In this document: positions 1 through 9,808 of the stretch, piece after piece
How positions within the stretch are numbered: position 1 is the stretch's first letter
Layout of the letters: every line of letters starts with the position of its first letter
NCBI GenBank assembly: GCA_032128115.1
Contig: JAQBHB010000047.1
Coordinates: forward strand, 96,001-160,000
DNA from: Deltaproteobacteria bacterium
Lineage (GTDB): Bacteria; Myxococcota_A; UBA9160; SMWR01
Direction of reading: 5' to 3'
Length of the DNA: 64,000 nucleotides
Notes under the pieces: generated by a model
Database searches by the model: none
Told to the model about the DNA's origin: nothing
The model's input: only the letters and a program-made list of their open reading frames with translations
Translations under genes and position numbers: made by a program

Positions 1-1
1 G

Positions 2-970
2 TTCGAGGCCCGCGGCGGCGATCCGCTGGCGTTCGGCTGCGTGTTCCAGGTAGTAGCGGCACTTCTCCAGCAACTCGTCGAAGCCGGCGAAGAACGCCGC
101 CTCGACGCCCTCCTCGAAGAGGGTCTCGTGTTCATCGGTGCGCTCGGCCAGCATGAAGGCGCCACATGCGGGAATTTCGATGCTTCGGGTGGTCTGCCGA
201 TCCCGGGCCCCCTTGCGCAGGAAGCCCAGGTTGATCCGCGTTGCGTTGATCGCAACCGGGTACTCGTCGTCTCCCAGGGTTTCGTGGAGGATCGTGAGCT
301 TCGGATGGCGCTCCCGGAAGCGACGCCAGCCGACCCCGCGGATGCTGACGGGTACGCCGGCTCGCGCGAGCCGCAACATGTGCCTGGCGCGGTCATTTTC
401 GTAGGTTCCGACGAACCCCACGTCACAGCCGAAGCGGTCGAGGTCGGCCTGCGCAAGCACGAGGGGGCGATGAACGTTCGGGTCGTACGCGTTGCCCACG
501 AAGAGGATCCGCCGGACCCCCTGCGCCCGCAGGTCGTCTGCAATGTAGGACTTCGTGGTCACCACCAGATCGTAGAGGCCCAGTGCCGCGCGGTAGCGGA
601 CGGAGCTGTGATAGGGCCGCGTCATGTCGTCGGGGCTGTAGGAGAGCATCCGCATCTTGGGAGCCCGTTCTCGCACCGCGCGCAGCACGTCCGGCCGCAG
701 CGACCGCCCCTTGTCGACCCACAGGACATCGAAGCTCTCGCGATCGAGGGTCTCCTGCAGGGCGCGGTGCGATCCAACCAGATCCGGGGGGCGGGAGAGG
801 TGGTGACCCACACGGTAGAGCTGGCGGAGAAGCCAAGATCGCGGAGGCCCGCATTCGATGAAGGTGATTCGGTGGCCCAGATCCTCGAGGGCCCGCCCCC
901 GCTGCTGGCAAGTCCCTGCTTTTTCCCCGACGTAGAGGATCGACAAGGTTCCGCTCGGGTTGCGATTCAC
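2..970 (-). CDS. CgeB/DUF3880-type glycosyltransferase (GT-B), 3' end runs off the window
   Basis: Absent from the ORF track because it has no stop in the window. Hand translation from GTG 970 gives VNRNPSGTLSILYVG...LWVDKG...SYSPDD...DVGFVGTYENDR...RINLGFLRKGARDRQTTRSIEIPACGAFMLAERTDEHETLFEEGVEAAFF...ELLEKCRYYL, typical CgeB-family motifs. Confidence 0.85.
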   Translation of the reverse strand, partial: MNRNPSGTLSILYVGEKAGTCQQRGRALEDLGHRITFIECGPPRSWLLRQLYRVGHHLSRPPDLVGSHRALQETLDRESFDVLWVDKGRSLRPDVLRAVRERAPKMRMLSYSPDDMTRPYHSSVRYRAALGLYDLVVTTKSYIADDLRAQGVRRILFVGNAYDPNVHRPLVLAQADLDRFGCDVGFVGTYENDRARHMLRLARAGVPVSIRGVGWRRFRERHPKLTILHETLGDDEYPVAINATRINLGFLRKGARDRQTTRSIEIPACGAFMLAERTDEHETLFEEGVEAAFFAGFDELLEKCRYYLEHAAERQRIAAAGLE

Positions 971-1134
971 GGCTTGAGCACCGGCAGGTCGGCGCCCGCC
1001 TCGGACACCTGGTGTGCAAGAGCCGCGGCACAGCGATCCTCCGGGATCACCAGGCGCCCCTCGGCCCCGAGCGGCTCGCGGCGGACGTACTCCCCCTTTT
1101 CGCTGCCCCGGGTGATCGCTTCTAAATCCGCCAC
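967..1134 (-). CDS. Possible small hypothetical protein or gene remnant (55 aa)
   Basis: GTG 1134 opens VADLEAITRGSEKGEYVRREP...LPVLKP. Its TGA overlaps the GTG of the downstream glycosyltransferase (GTGA coupling). No recognisable motif. Confidence 0.3.
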   Translation of the reverse strand: MADLEAITRGSEKGEYVRREPLGAEGRLVIPEDRCAAALAHQVSEAGADLPVLKP

Positions 1135-1154
1135 GCTTCCTGCCGTCCGTCCCT

Positions 1155-1865
1155 TCAGCCGTTCAGAACCTTCTTGCGAGCCGCGCTCAGGACGGGCGTC
1201 CGCAGGCTCGATCCCTTCGCGAGCCTGCGCAGCTCGTTGGGCGAGATGTGACCGAGCATCCGGATCGCCAGCGGCACCGGCGTCTTCGGATTGCACACCA
1301 GGGCCAGCGCGATCTCCGGTCGCCCGGACCACTCCGAACGGTCGGCGATGGCCTTGAGGAGATCCGGCGACACACTGGTCATCTTGGCAAATGCCGTCAC
1401 CTCGTCGAGCTGGATCCCGGGGTTCTGGAGCACGTATCGGTGGAGCGCGCGGTTGGCGCTGCGAACGATTCGCGTGCGCTCGTCCCGGTTGCCGTGAAGC
1501 GCCGTCTGGATGCGCTCGGCCGAGGTCTCCGCCTGGGGGTGCGCCACGTCTTCATCGCTCGCGATCGAATGCACGGCGGCCCGTGCCGGCTCGCCCCCGG
1601 CGGCGCGGGCCAACTCCAGCAGCCTCGCCAGGGCCGGATCGTCCGGCGCGAACCCGATCGCCACCCCGATTGCCGGGAGCGTCTGCACGACCTGTCCCTC
1701 CAGCACCACACGGCCGTCGCAGGTCACGATCTCGAGTTCGGCGGGTGCGTACAGCTCGGCCTCATCCGGGGGTTCGACGCGAACGAGGAACCCGCCCTGG
1801 CCGAACTGCTGCTCGGCATCCACGACCAGGTCGGCCAGACACTCGTACTGGACGCGAAAGCGCAT
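1155..1865 (-). CDS. Hypothetical protein: N-terminal PilZ-like beta domain plus C-terminal helical (LRV-like) domain
   Basis: MRFRVQY...GGFLVR...LEGQVVQ...GVAIGF resembles myxobacterial PilZ-like domains. The C-terminus has VLQNP...LALVCNPKTPVPLAIRML...LRRLAK. Confidence 0.75.
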   Translation of the reverse strand: MRFRVQYECLADLVVDAEQQFGQGGFLVRVEPPDEAELYAPAELEIVTCDGRVVLEGQVVQTLPAIGVAIGFAPDDPALARLLELARAAGGEPARAAVHSIASDEDVAHPQAETSAERIQTALHGNRDERTRIVRSANRALHRYVLQNPGIQLDEVTAFAKMTSVSPDLLKAIADRSEWSGRPEIALALVCNPKTPVPLAIRMLGHISPNELRRLAKGSSLRTPVLSAARKKVLNG

Positions 1866-1869
1866 GCCC

Positions 1870-1910
1870 CCCCTATTGCTCGATCTCGCCGCCCCTATCG
1901 CTCGATCTCG
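1870..1910. repeat. Near-tandem 19-bp direct repeat, 22-bp period
   Basis: CCCCTATTGCTCGATCTCG (1870-1888) and CCCCTATCGCTCGATCTCG (1892-1910), 18/19 identical. Confidence 0.85.
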
Positions 1911-2173
1911 GTCTGGATGGCGAGCATCAGCCACAACGGGGTCACCCAGTGGCCAGTGGCCTTCACGTGACGCCACTGTATCAGGAGCAGCTGCGCGGAA
2001 AGGAGGAACCTGAACGCACTCGAGCAGGTTCCGAGGCTCGCCTCCTCGTCCAGGTCGAAATCGAAGAGAGCCTCGGGGATCCCCTCGAACAGGCCCGTTT
2101 GCGACGTTTTCACGGGCCGGGGCGTTTTGCCGCAGATGTCGAGCCGATTGCGTTGCGCCTCGCGTCGGATCAT
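1895..2173 (-). CDS. Possible small hypothetical protein
   Basis: 92-aa ORF filling the intergenic gap; start uncertain; no motif recognised. Confidence 0.3.
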   Translation of the reverse strand: MIRREAQRNRLDICGKTPRPVKTSQTGLFEGIPEALFDFDLDEEASLGTCSSAFRFLLSAQLLLIQWRHVKATGHWVTPLWLMLAIQTEIER

Positions 2174-2191
2174 CCGGTGTAGATTCGGCTC

Positions 2192-4456
2192 GTGAGCCGA
2201 CGCGCCCTCAGAGTGGGAACCCAGGCTGCCGTCGCGCTGGGGGGTGTTGCGGCCCTTTCCTGGGAAATCCTGTGGCAGCTGGAGATCTCCCTGTCGCTGG
2301 GGATCTCGGCCCTGGGAACGGCGCTCACGCTGGCCGCCACCATGGGCGGCATGACGGTCGGGTCGCTGGCCATGGGCCGCTTTCTGCGGGGGCGCCGTGG
2401 CATTCGGCCCCTGCCGGTCTACGGCGCCCTGGAGGCGGTGATCGGGGTCTCGGGGCTGGCCCTGGTGCCTGGCTTTGCGTGGGTCGAGCGGATCGACGCC
2501 AGCGTCTATGCGCTGTCGCCGACCCTAGCGCCCATGGTCCATGTGCTGGCGATCGTCCTGTTGCTGGGGCCGCCCACCCTGGCCATGGGGGCCACGGTTC
2601 CCACGTTCGCGCTGTTGGGGCGCCACACCGGCTCGTCGGTGGCGCGGTTGTACGGCATCAACACGGCGGGTGCCGCCGTGGGCGTGCTGCTTCTCTCTTT
2701 CGTGATCATGCCCAGACTGGGCGTTACCGGTGCCTGCCTGGCCGTTGCGAGCGTCAACGCGCTGGTGTGGGCTGCGATGGGGCTTCTCCAGCGGGCTTCG
2801 CGCGCGGCGCTCGAAGACGGCGCCGCCCCGATCCCCGCCATGCAAGCGGAGACGGAAGCGCGCTGCCTGCATCCCGATCTCGCCGCCCAGCTCGTGGTCT
2901 TCTGCACCGGCTTCGTGACGTTCGCCCTGGAAGTGGCCTGGTTCCGCTCGCTCCGGGCCGCTTTCCAGGGCACCACCGAGGCCTTCGCGATCATCCTGGC
3001 CTCGGTCCTGATCCCCCTGGCCGTCGCCGCGCGCCTCGTGCCCCGGCTCCGGCGCCACGGTGTTGCGCCGCGCCTGCCGCTGGCGCTGGCCGGAGTTGCG
3101 ATCCTGCTGGCTACACCGCTCGTCGAACGCATGGATCTGATGATCGCCGTGCCCTGGACCTACTGGCCCATGATCGGCCTATGGCTGCTGCTTTCGCTGA
3201 TGATCCTGGGACCGGCCATCCTGTTCCTGGGCATGCCGCTGCCCTGGTACCTGGAGGAGTTCCCGGAGCCTGGCGCAACCGGACGCCTCTACGCGCTCAA
3301 CACGCTGGGCGCGATCGGGGGCTCACTGGTGGCGGCGTGGCTGCTGCTGCCGTTGCTGGGATTCGCGCGCTGTGCCTGGCTGCTGGGAGCTGGCTGCGCG
3401 GCGCTTGCACTGGTGGCGCGCGGGCGTCTGGGCGCCCCGAAAATTCTCGCCGCGGGAGCGGTGGCCCTCGCCGTCGCGGTCGTCTTCACCTCCAGCCTCG
3501 GCCGCGATCGCGTCCAGAGCCCGAACGACGTTTCCCACTACCGCATCCTGGCCTTCGACGAGGGCCCCGACTCCACCGTCGCCGTGGTGGAAAGCCCCGC
3601 CGGCGTGCGCGAACTCCTGATCGATGGCTTCACTGCGACGAGCGAACTGCCGGACGTCACGAACTACATGGAGTGGATGGGGCGCTTGCCCATGCTGCTG
3701 CACCCGGACCCGCAGCGCGCCCTGGTGATCTGCTTCGGCACCGGGCAGACCGCCAACGCCGTGCGCCGCGAGCGCGCGGAACATCTGGACGTGGTGGACG
3801 TGGACGGCACCGTCTTCGAGATGGCCCCGTTGTTCCGCTCGAACGAGGGCGTGCTCGATGACCCCAGCGTGAACGCGGTGGTGATGGACGGGCGCGCCTG
3901 GTTGCGCCGCGTGGATACGCTTTACGACGTCGTCACCCTCGAACCCATGCCCCCTTACTTTGCCGGCGTGAACGCCCTCTACTCGCGGGAGTTTTACGAG
4001 ATCGTGGCGAAGCGGCTCGGGCCGGGTGGTGTGGTCGCCCAATGGCTGCCCACCCATCTGCTTCCGCCCTACTTCGCGGCGTCGGTGGCGGCCACCTTCC
4101 AGGCGGTCTTTCCCGATGCGGTGCTGTGGATCGATCCGGGCGCCAGCACGGGCGTGCTGCTGGGGCGCCGGGCGGGCGGTCCGACGCCCCTGATCGATGA
4201 CTGGCCGGGTCTCGATCGACTCATCTCCCGCCCCCTTGGCGCCGAGGCGATCCTTCGCGCCGCGGTGCTCGATGCCCGCGGATTGCGCCGCTACGGAAGC
4301 TTCGGACGGGTGATCACCGACGACAACCAACTCCTGGCCTACGGCCTGGTGCGGCGCGAGCTGCTCGGCGGCGGACACGAAAAGAGCGCCAAGCGCAACC
4401 TGCTCACGATCCGCCGCATCGCCCGCGAAACCCGGCGCCGACCCGCCGCGGCATGA
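2192..4456 (+). CDS. Fused multi-TM membrane / spermidine synthase-like SAM-dependent protein
   Basis: About 12-13 hydrophobic segments with LYGINTAGAAVG and LYALNTLGAIGG repeats, then RALVICFGTGQT, DGRAWL, YDVVTLEP, LYSREFY, LGPGGVVAQW, TDDN. Confidence 0.9.
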   Translation: MSRRALRVGTQAAVALGGVAALSWEILWQLEISLSLGISALGTALTLAATMGGMTVGSLAMGRFLRGRRGIRPLPVYGALEAVIGVSGLALVPGFAWVERIDASVYALSPTLAPMVHVLAIVLLLGPPTLAMGATVPTFALLGRHTGSSVARLYGINTAGAAVGVLLLSFVIMPRLGVTGACLAVASVNALVWAAMGLLQRASRAALEDGAAPIPAMQAETEARCLHPDLAAQLVVFCTGFVTFALEVAWFRSLRAAFQGTTEAFAIILASVLIPLAVAARLVPRLRRHGVAPRLPLALAGVAILLATPLVERMDLMIAVPWTYWPMIGLWLLLSLMILGPAILFLGMPLPWYLEEFPEPGATGRLYALNTLGAIGGSLVAAWLLLPLLGFARCAWLLGAGCAALALVARGRLGAPKILAAGAVALAVAVVFTSSLGRDRVQSPNDVSHYRILAFDEGPDSTVAVVESPAGVRELLIDGFTATSELPDVTNYMEWMGRLPMLLHPDPQRALVICFGTGQTANAVRRERAEHLDVVDVDGTVFEMAPLFRSNEGVLDDPSVNAVVMDGRAWLRRVDTLYDVVTLEPMPPYFAGVNALYSREFYEIVAKRLGPGGVVAQWLPTHLLPPYFAASVAATFQAVFPDAVLWIDPGASTGVLLGRRAGGPTPLIDDWPGLDRLISRPLGAEAILRAAVLDARGLRRYGSFGRVITDDNQLLAYGLVRRELLGGGHEKSAKRNLLTIRRIARETRRRPAAA

Positions 4457-4508
4457 GCCGCGAGGCCCCCCCCCGCAGGCGCCGAGCCGGGGCCATTCGA
4501 GCCCGAGC

Positions 4509-5738
4509 TCAGGGTGCCAGCACCCGGAGGTACGCATCCACTGCTCGATCCCTCGTGAAGAAGTTGCCGCGCGACTTCACGTAACGGCGGGGGAGGGGCT
4601 TCTCCAGGCGATCGATGAGTGCCATGGCCATCGCATCCGCATCGCCAACGGGGACGAGACTCCCGAATTGACCAGACGCCAGGATCTCGGCGGGTCCACT
4701 TCTGCAGTCCGTGCTGACCACCGTCGCACCACAGGCCAGGGCCTCGATCACGACGTTGGCGAGGCCCTCCCGGCGCGAGGACAATGCGAAAACCGTCGAG
4801 CGCGCCATGAAGGCATATGGATTCGCCTGGAAGCCCAGGAAGGCGACGGAATCGGCCAGGCCGAGCCTTCGGGCCAGGCCCATGAGATCTGACTTCATGG
4901 GGCCGTCGCCTAGAATCACGAGCCGCGAATCGAGTACGCCGCGAACCTGACGAAAGGCCCGCAACAACATTGCGAAATCCTTCCTCGGCTTCAGCATTCC
5001 GGCGCTGAGCACGATCGGGGGACCATCACCCTGGAACCACGGATGATCGACCGGTGACCGCGCCATCTCGTGGAGCTCCGGCGAAACCACCGGATTGTAT
5101 ATGCATTCAACGCGGTTCCGCGGAATTCCTGCCAGCATTGCGACGTCTAGGGCCACCCCGTTCGAAACCGCAACAACCGCATCGGCGCGAAGGCAGAATT
5201 CGCGCACCAACCGCAGCTTCCACGCCTTGCGAGGGCTTGCAGCGGAAAGGTGGTTGTGCTGACTGGCCTCGATTCGAGTGTTCAAGCCCGCCACGCTCCG
5301 GGCGATGGTGGTCATCACGTTGGCGTAGGTGCCTGCTGTCAGGATCGCGTCAGGGCGCCGGGCACGCAGGTACTCCAGGAGGCTGGGGAAGCTGGCCGTC
5401 TCTGGAGACAGCAGCAATCGCCAGCCGTTCGGAATTTCTCTTCCCAGGTTCGCGAGGGCCCGGATCCGGCTGCGCTTTGCGAGGAAAACGCTTTCGAATG
5501 CAGCCGCTGTACTCCGGATGGTCACCCCTCGCCTGCGAGGGCTCACCACGTCCACGCTGTGCCCTCGCTGGCCGAGACCCTCGGCCAGCGCCAGGATCGT
5601 CCGTCCAACTCCGCCCCCGTCGTCCGAGCGGAGCATCAACGAGAATCGTCGGGGCGCATGGTTCCGGAAAAAGGGGCCATCCGATGAGTCCGCCTGGCCG
5701 GCGGAACCGGGCGTTTCGCCTCGATGATGCACCCCCAT
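4509..5738 (-). CDS. GT4 family glycosyltransferase
   Basis: GGGVGR, IYNP, GMLKPRKDF, GFQANPY, SSRREGLANVVIEALACG. Start uncertain (ATG 5738). Confidence 0.9.
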   Translation of the reverse strand: MGVHHRGETPGSAGQADSSDGPFFRNHAPRRFSLMLRSDDGGGVGRTILALAEGLGQRGHSVDVVSPRRRGVTIRSTAAAFESVFLAKRSRIRALANLGREIPNGWRLLLSPETASFPSLLEYLRARRPDAILTAGTYANVMTTIARSVAGLNTRIEASQHNHLSAASPRKAWKLRLVREFCLRADAVVAVSNGVALDVAMLAGIPRNRVECIYNPVVSPELHEMARSPVDHPWFQGDGPPIVLSAGMLKPRKDFAMLLRAFRQVRGVLDSRLVILGDGPMKSDLMGLARRLGLADSVAFLGFQANPYAFMARSTVFALSSRREGLANVVIEALACGATVVSTDCRSGPAEILASGQFGSLVPVGDADAMAMALIDRLEKPLPRRYVKSRGNFFTRDRAVDAYLRVLAP

Positions 5739-5959
5739 GCATGTCAACGGATAGCTGATCCGTTGGACACACTCAAGAATGTCCGTGCCGTCATCGGCAC
5801 GCGCATTGGCGGTCAGCCGGGCCCGTTGAGACTGGCGGTTTCTGCTGGCAGTTCCGCCACGACCGTGCAAGCCTGCTGTTCGCCACCTCGTTTGGATTAC
5901 GGGATCTGGGGCGAACTCGCGGAGTGCAAAAAGTCGGCTTGCAGAAGAGATACAGACCC

Positions 5960-7102
5960 ATGGAAACGGCCACCCCCGGTAGGGCGGACGGCGGGCCTCG
6001 CCTGATCGCATTTCACCTGCCCCAGTTCCACCCCATTCCCGAGAACGACGTCGCGTGGGGCCGGGGCTTCACCGAGTGGACCCACGTGGCGCGCGCCAGG
6101 CGGCTCTATCCCGGCCACTACCAGCCCAGGTTGCCCGCTGACCTTGGCTTTTACGATCTGCGCGTTCCGGAGGCGCGTGTCGCGCAAGCGGATCTGGCGC
6201 GCCACTACGGAATCGAGGGCTTCTGCTTCTGGCACTACTGGTTCGGGGGCCGTCGCGTACTGGAGCGCCCGGTCCAGGAGATCATATCGAGTGGCGAGCC
6301 GGATTTTCCGTTCTGCCTGGGCTGGGGCAATGCCAGCTGGACGGGTGTCTGGTATGGCGCACCGGATCGCGTGCTGATCGAGCAGACCTACCCGGGACAC
6401 GAGGATCACAGGGCGCATTTTGAAGCGCTGCTCCCGGCGTTTCGCGACGAGCGCTACATCCGGGTCGACAATCGTCCCCTCTTGCTGGTGTTCAAGCCCC
6501 TTGATATTCCCGAGACGGCCGGGTTCTGCAGGCTCTGGCGCGATCTCGCGAAGCGTGCGGGGCTGCCGGGCCTCCACCTGGTCGGGTTCGGCAAGTCCGG
6601 CTGGGATCCCCGGCGTCACGGCTTCGACGCCTCGGTTCTCCACGGGCCGAGGCTTCCGTGGCCGCGACTGGGACGTTCTCTGCGGAAGCGGTTGCTGCCT
6701 CGCCTGGGCGTGCCCTCGGTCTTCTCCTATCGGGCGTTCGTTCGTCGTGGTTTTCCCGAGGTTGCGTCGCCTCAGCACTATCCGGTGGCGGTCCCCAGCT
6801 GGGACAACACACCGCGTGTCGGACGGCGTGGCTCGATCCTCCACGGTGCGACCCCGGAGCTGTTTCGATTGCATCTTCGCGAGGCACTGGGGCGCGTAGC
6901 AGAGCGGCCGCCTGAGCACCGGATCGTCTTCCTCAAATCCTGGAACGAATGGGCGGAGGGCAACTACCTGGAGCCGGACCACCGATTCGGCCACGGTTTC
7001 CTCAGGGTCGTTGGGGAAGAAGCTCGCCTCGCGCAAGCGCAGTGGCGCGGGGATGAGAGTGGTGCCGAGCTATCCCGGGTCGAGGCTCAGCTGCGCCCGT
7101 GA
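5960..7102 (+). CDS. WbsX-like / GH99-like domain glycan biosynthesis protein
   Basis: IAFHLPQFHPIPEND.AWGRGFTEW, LGFYDLR, FCFWHYWF, WDNTPR, KSWNEWAEGNYLEPD. Confidence 0.9.
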   Translation: METATPGRADGGPRLIAFHLPQFHPIPENDVAWGRGFTEWTHVARARRLYPGHYQPRLPADLGFYDLRVPEARVAQADLARHYGIEGFCFWHYWFGGRRVLERPVQEIISSGEPDFPFCLGWGNASWTGVWYGAPDRVLIEQTYPGHEDHRAHFEALLPAFRDERYIRVDNRPLLLVFKPLDIPETAGFCRLWRDLAKRAGLPGLHLVGFGKSGWDPRRHGFDASVLHGPRLPWPRLGRSLRKRLLPRLGVPSVFSYRAFVRRGFPEVASPQHYPVAVPSWDNTPRVGRRGSILHGATPELFRLHLREALGRVAERPPEHRIVFLKSWNEWAEGNYLEPDHRFGHGFLRVVGEEARLAQAQWRGDESGAELSRVEAQLRP

Positions 7103-8820
7103 GCGGAAGTCCGGGAGGTGGGAGGACTCTCTGCGATCACGCGCCCGATCTTTCCGGCCTCGACCCGGTAGATTCGATCCGCAACCGAAGCGAGCTGCGG
7201 CTGATGCGAAATCGCGAGGATCGTCAGTTCGCGATGCAGGCGGCGCATGGATGCCCAGATTGCAGACTCGGTATCGGAGTCGAGTCCCGAAGTGGCTTCA
7301 TCCATGATCAGAAGCTTCGGCTGGTGCACGAGCGCTCTTGCGATCGAGATGCGCTGCCGCTGACCCCCGGAAAGCCGTGACCCGCGTTCGCCCACGAGGG
7401 TGTCGACACCCTCGGGCAGCCGTGCCACGAAGTCCCAGGCACCCGCCAGGCGCAGGGCGCTCTCCACCTCCGGTTCGGCGATATCCTCTCCAAGCGTCAC
7501 GTTCGTACGCACCGATTCGTGCAGCAGGAACATCTCCTGGGGCACGTAGCCGATCATGCCGCGCCAGGCGTGGACGTCGATGTCTTCCAGCGGCACTCCA
7601 TCGATCCTGACCTGGCCGGAGTCGGGTTGGAGGAGCCCACAGACGAGATCGACGACGCTCGTCTTTCCCTCGCCTGACGCACCCACGAGCGCGGTGATCT
7701 GGCCGGCTCGAATCTCCATCGACGCCGCGTCCAGGATACGGTGGTCGTCGTAGCTGAATGCCACCCGATCCAGGCTGATCCCGTGCACGAGGGACGGGGT
7801 GCGACCCCCGCCGGTGGATTCCTGCTGGTGTTCCGCATGGGCGATCCGGTCCCGCAAGGCCCAATAGGCGCTCTCGTCGACGCACATCTGCTGGTACTGG
7901 CGCTGTGCCTTTCCCACGCTGGACATCATGTTGGTGAAGACCAGCGCCAGGATTCCCAGTTCGACGAGGGGAATCTTCCAGTAGGTCGCGGCGGCGTAGA
8001 TACCCGCCGCCGCGAAGATGGCGTTCAGGGGCATCTGGACCGCCTTTCGCGCCTCGATGGACAGCACCTGCTTGCGGAGCGCGCGGTCGAGGCTCCGCGT
8101 GTCCTTCTCGAGCAGCGAGCCCAGGAGAGACTCTCTCGACATGGCCTTGAGCGGCTTCACGGCCTGCAGGCTGTCGGCCAGGCGGCGCAGGAGGGAGTGC
8201 ATGAGCAGGGTCTGCTTCTGGCCGGCGCGGCGGGTGAGTCTCACGAAGTAGCGCATGGCACTCGTCACGATGCCAGCGGCGACGAGCGCGGCGAGCATGA
8301 ATTCCCAGGAGACCGCGAAGGCGATGGCCAGATACAGGCATGCCTGAATGGACAGGGAGACGACCGTCCCGCCATTCATGTATGCGAGGGCCGCGCGACC
8401 GGCCTCTGCGGACATTGCGTTGGAGACCGCGCCGACTGATTGCTGCGTGTAGTAGCTCCAGCGAGCGGTCGCAAGCGCCCGGAGGAGCGCGAGCCTCAGA
8501 TCGGTGATCATCCGGGCCGCCGTGTAGCCCACCTGTCGTCTGGCCAGGAGCAGGAGGGCACTCTGGGCGACGGTGGCCACGACGAAGAGAGACAGCAGGT
8601 TGCCCAGCGTGGCCTCGATTCCGAGCGCGTCGAGCGAGCTTCCCACCACCCGCTGCAGGGTGCTGGGCTCTTCGCTCGTCTCCGAGCCGATGAGGACGGC
8701 CAACAGGGGCAGGAGCATGGAGAGGCCGACGCCTTCCGCTGCGACCCCAACCAGCAGGCACGCGATCATCAGCGCCGAGCGCGCCGGATAGGTGCGGGTG
8801 ATGTCGAGGAGCAGGTTCAT
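7087..8820 (-). CDS. ABC exporter, fused permease/ATPase (MsbA/PglK-like; probable lipid-linked glycan flippase)
   Basis: N-terminal TM domain, Walker A GASGEGKT, signature LSGGQRQR, Walker B LIMDE; lies inside the glycan cluster. Confidence 0.92.
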   Translation of the reverse strand: MNLLLDITRTYPARSALMIACLLVGVAAEGVGLSMLLPLLAVLIGSETSEEPSTLQRVVGSSLDALGIEATLGNLLSLFVVATVAQSALLLLARRQVGYTAARMITDLRLALLRALATARWSYYTQQSVGAVSNAMSAEAGRAALAYMNGGTVVSLSIQACLYLAIAFAVSWEFMLAALVAAGIVTSAMRYFVRLTRRAGQKQTLLMHSLLRRLADSLQAVKPLKAMSRESLLGSLLEKDTRSLDRALRKQVLSIEARKAVQMPLNAIFAAAGIYAAATYWKIPLVELGILALVFTNMMSSVGKAQRQYQQMCVDESAYWALRDRIAHAEHQQESTGGGRTPSLVHGISLDRVAFSYDDHRILDAASMEIRAGQITALVGASGEGKTSVVDLVCGLLQPDSGQVRIDGVPLEDIDVHAWRGMIGYVPQEMFLLHESVRTNVTLGEDIAEPEVESALRLAGAWDFVARLPEGVDTLVGERGSRLSGGQRQRISIARALVHQPKLLIMDEATSGLDSDTESAIWASMRRLHRELTILAISHQPQLASVADRIYRVEAGKIGRVIAESPPTSRTSAHGRS

Positions 8821-8878
8821 TTTCAGGCCTCTGCAGCCCGCAGGGCGGAACTCGAAGGTCGTGCGGTCGGGCTCATGA

Positions 8879-9808
8879 TCATGTGCCGAAGCGGTAGATC
8901 ACCGGCTCCGTCTGCTCCACCGGATCCTCGATGCCGTGCCGACAGCGGGGCTGCCAGGGAAGCTGGAATCGCTCGAAGTTGGGGCTCTCCTGCGTGCGGT
9001 GTGCCTGCGGCTCGTGCCACAGGTGAAAAGCACGCGCCTCCCTCACAACGCTGATGGAGCGTGCCCCCGAACGGTGCATCCTCCGGGCCAGGTCATCGTC
9101 TTCCATGCCCCATCCCTGAAAGGTTTCGTCGTACCCGTTCAGCGCTCGCATCCTCTCCCAGCCGACGCTGTGGTGGGCGCCGAGAACAGTGGGTTTGTGG
9201 GGCGCGGCAAGCCCAAGGCGGCGGAGGAATGCCTTTCGCAGGTGTTTCCCGTGGCGCCTGGAGAACTCCCGACGCTCCTCGGGATCCGACGGCCCAGGCC
9301 GGGGGCCCGGCTCGACGCAATCGGGATCCAGCGCGGAGGTCTCCTCCCGCCCGAGATTTACCCGATGGCCCAACACCAGGTCGCCCCGGTCTCCCGCTCG
9401 AGCGTGGACGGCGATGGCCCGGGGAGCCAGGCAGATGTCCCCATCGAGCAGGACCAGCTGGGTTCCGCGCAGGCCCTCCTCCCCGAAATCGGCGGTCAGG
9501 GCGCGGATCCCGTTGTTGCGAACCTGGGCCACGCGCGTGATCCCATGGTGCCTGCGCTGCACCACGCGCAGCGGAAGCTTCCAGCGCTCGGATCCCTCGG
9601 CCGCGACCTTCCGAATATCGGCGTGGTCCGTGTCACAGCTGACCGTGACAGAGACGGCCGCCACCTCCTGATGTGCCAGGCCCCAAAGGACCCAGGAGAG
9701 GTGGCGGCTCGTGTGAGTACTGACGATGACGTGAACCCGCTTGGGCATCCTGGCGGTCGCATTCGGTGGCGGGGGTGACGCAGAGGATACATCACACCTG
9801 GGATTCAC
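8879..9808 (-). CDS. GT2 family glycosyltransferase with galactosyltransferase-like C-terminus
   Basis: RNNGI, LLDGD, NGYDETFQGWGMEDDDL, HLWH. GTG start overlaps the upstream remnant's TGA; alternative start ATG 9748. Confidence 0.88.
   Translation of the reverse strand: MNPRCDVSSASPPPPNATARMPKRVHVIVSTHTSRHLSWVLWGLAHQEVAAVSVTVSCDTDHADIRKVAAEGSERWKLPLRVVQRRHHGITRVAQVRNNGIRALTADFGEEGLRGTQLVLLDGDICLAPRAIAVHARAGDRGDLVLGHRVNLGREETSALDPDCVEPGPRPGPSDPEERREFSRRHGKHLRKAFLRRLGLAAPHKPTVLGAHHSVGWERMRALNGYDETFQGWGMEDDDLARRMHRSGARSISVVREARAFHLWHEPQAHRTQESPNFERFQLPWQPRCRHGIEDPVEQTEPVIYRFGT

Noticed and set aside
41..1357. 438-aa plus-strand ORF, and the many other long antisense or alternate-frame ORFs (e.g. 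29514-31577, 44262-46445, 56448-58883)
   Set aside because: These are shadows of real genes in high-GC DNA; they have no motifs and are Arg/Pro/Gly-rich.
5745..5765. Inverted repeat CAACGGAT-AGCTG-ATCCGTTG between divergent glycan genes
   Set aside because: Single occurrence with no cognate regulator or second copy seen, so no function can be supported.
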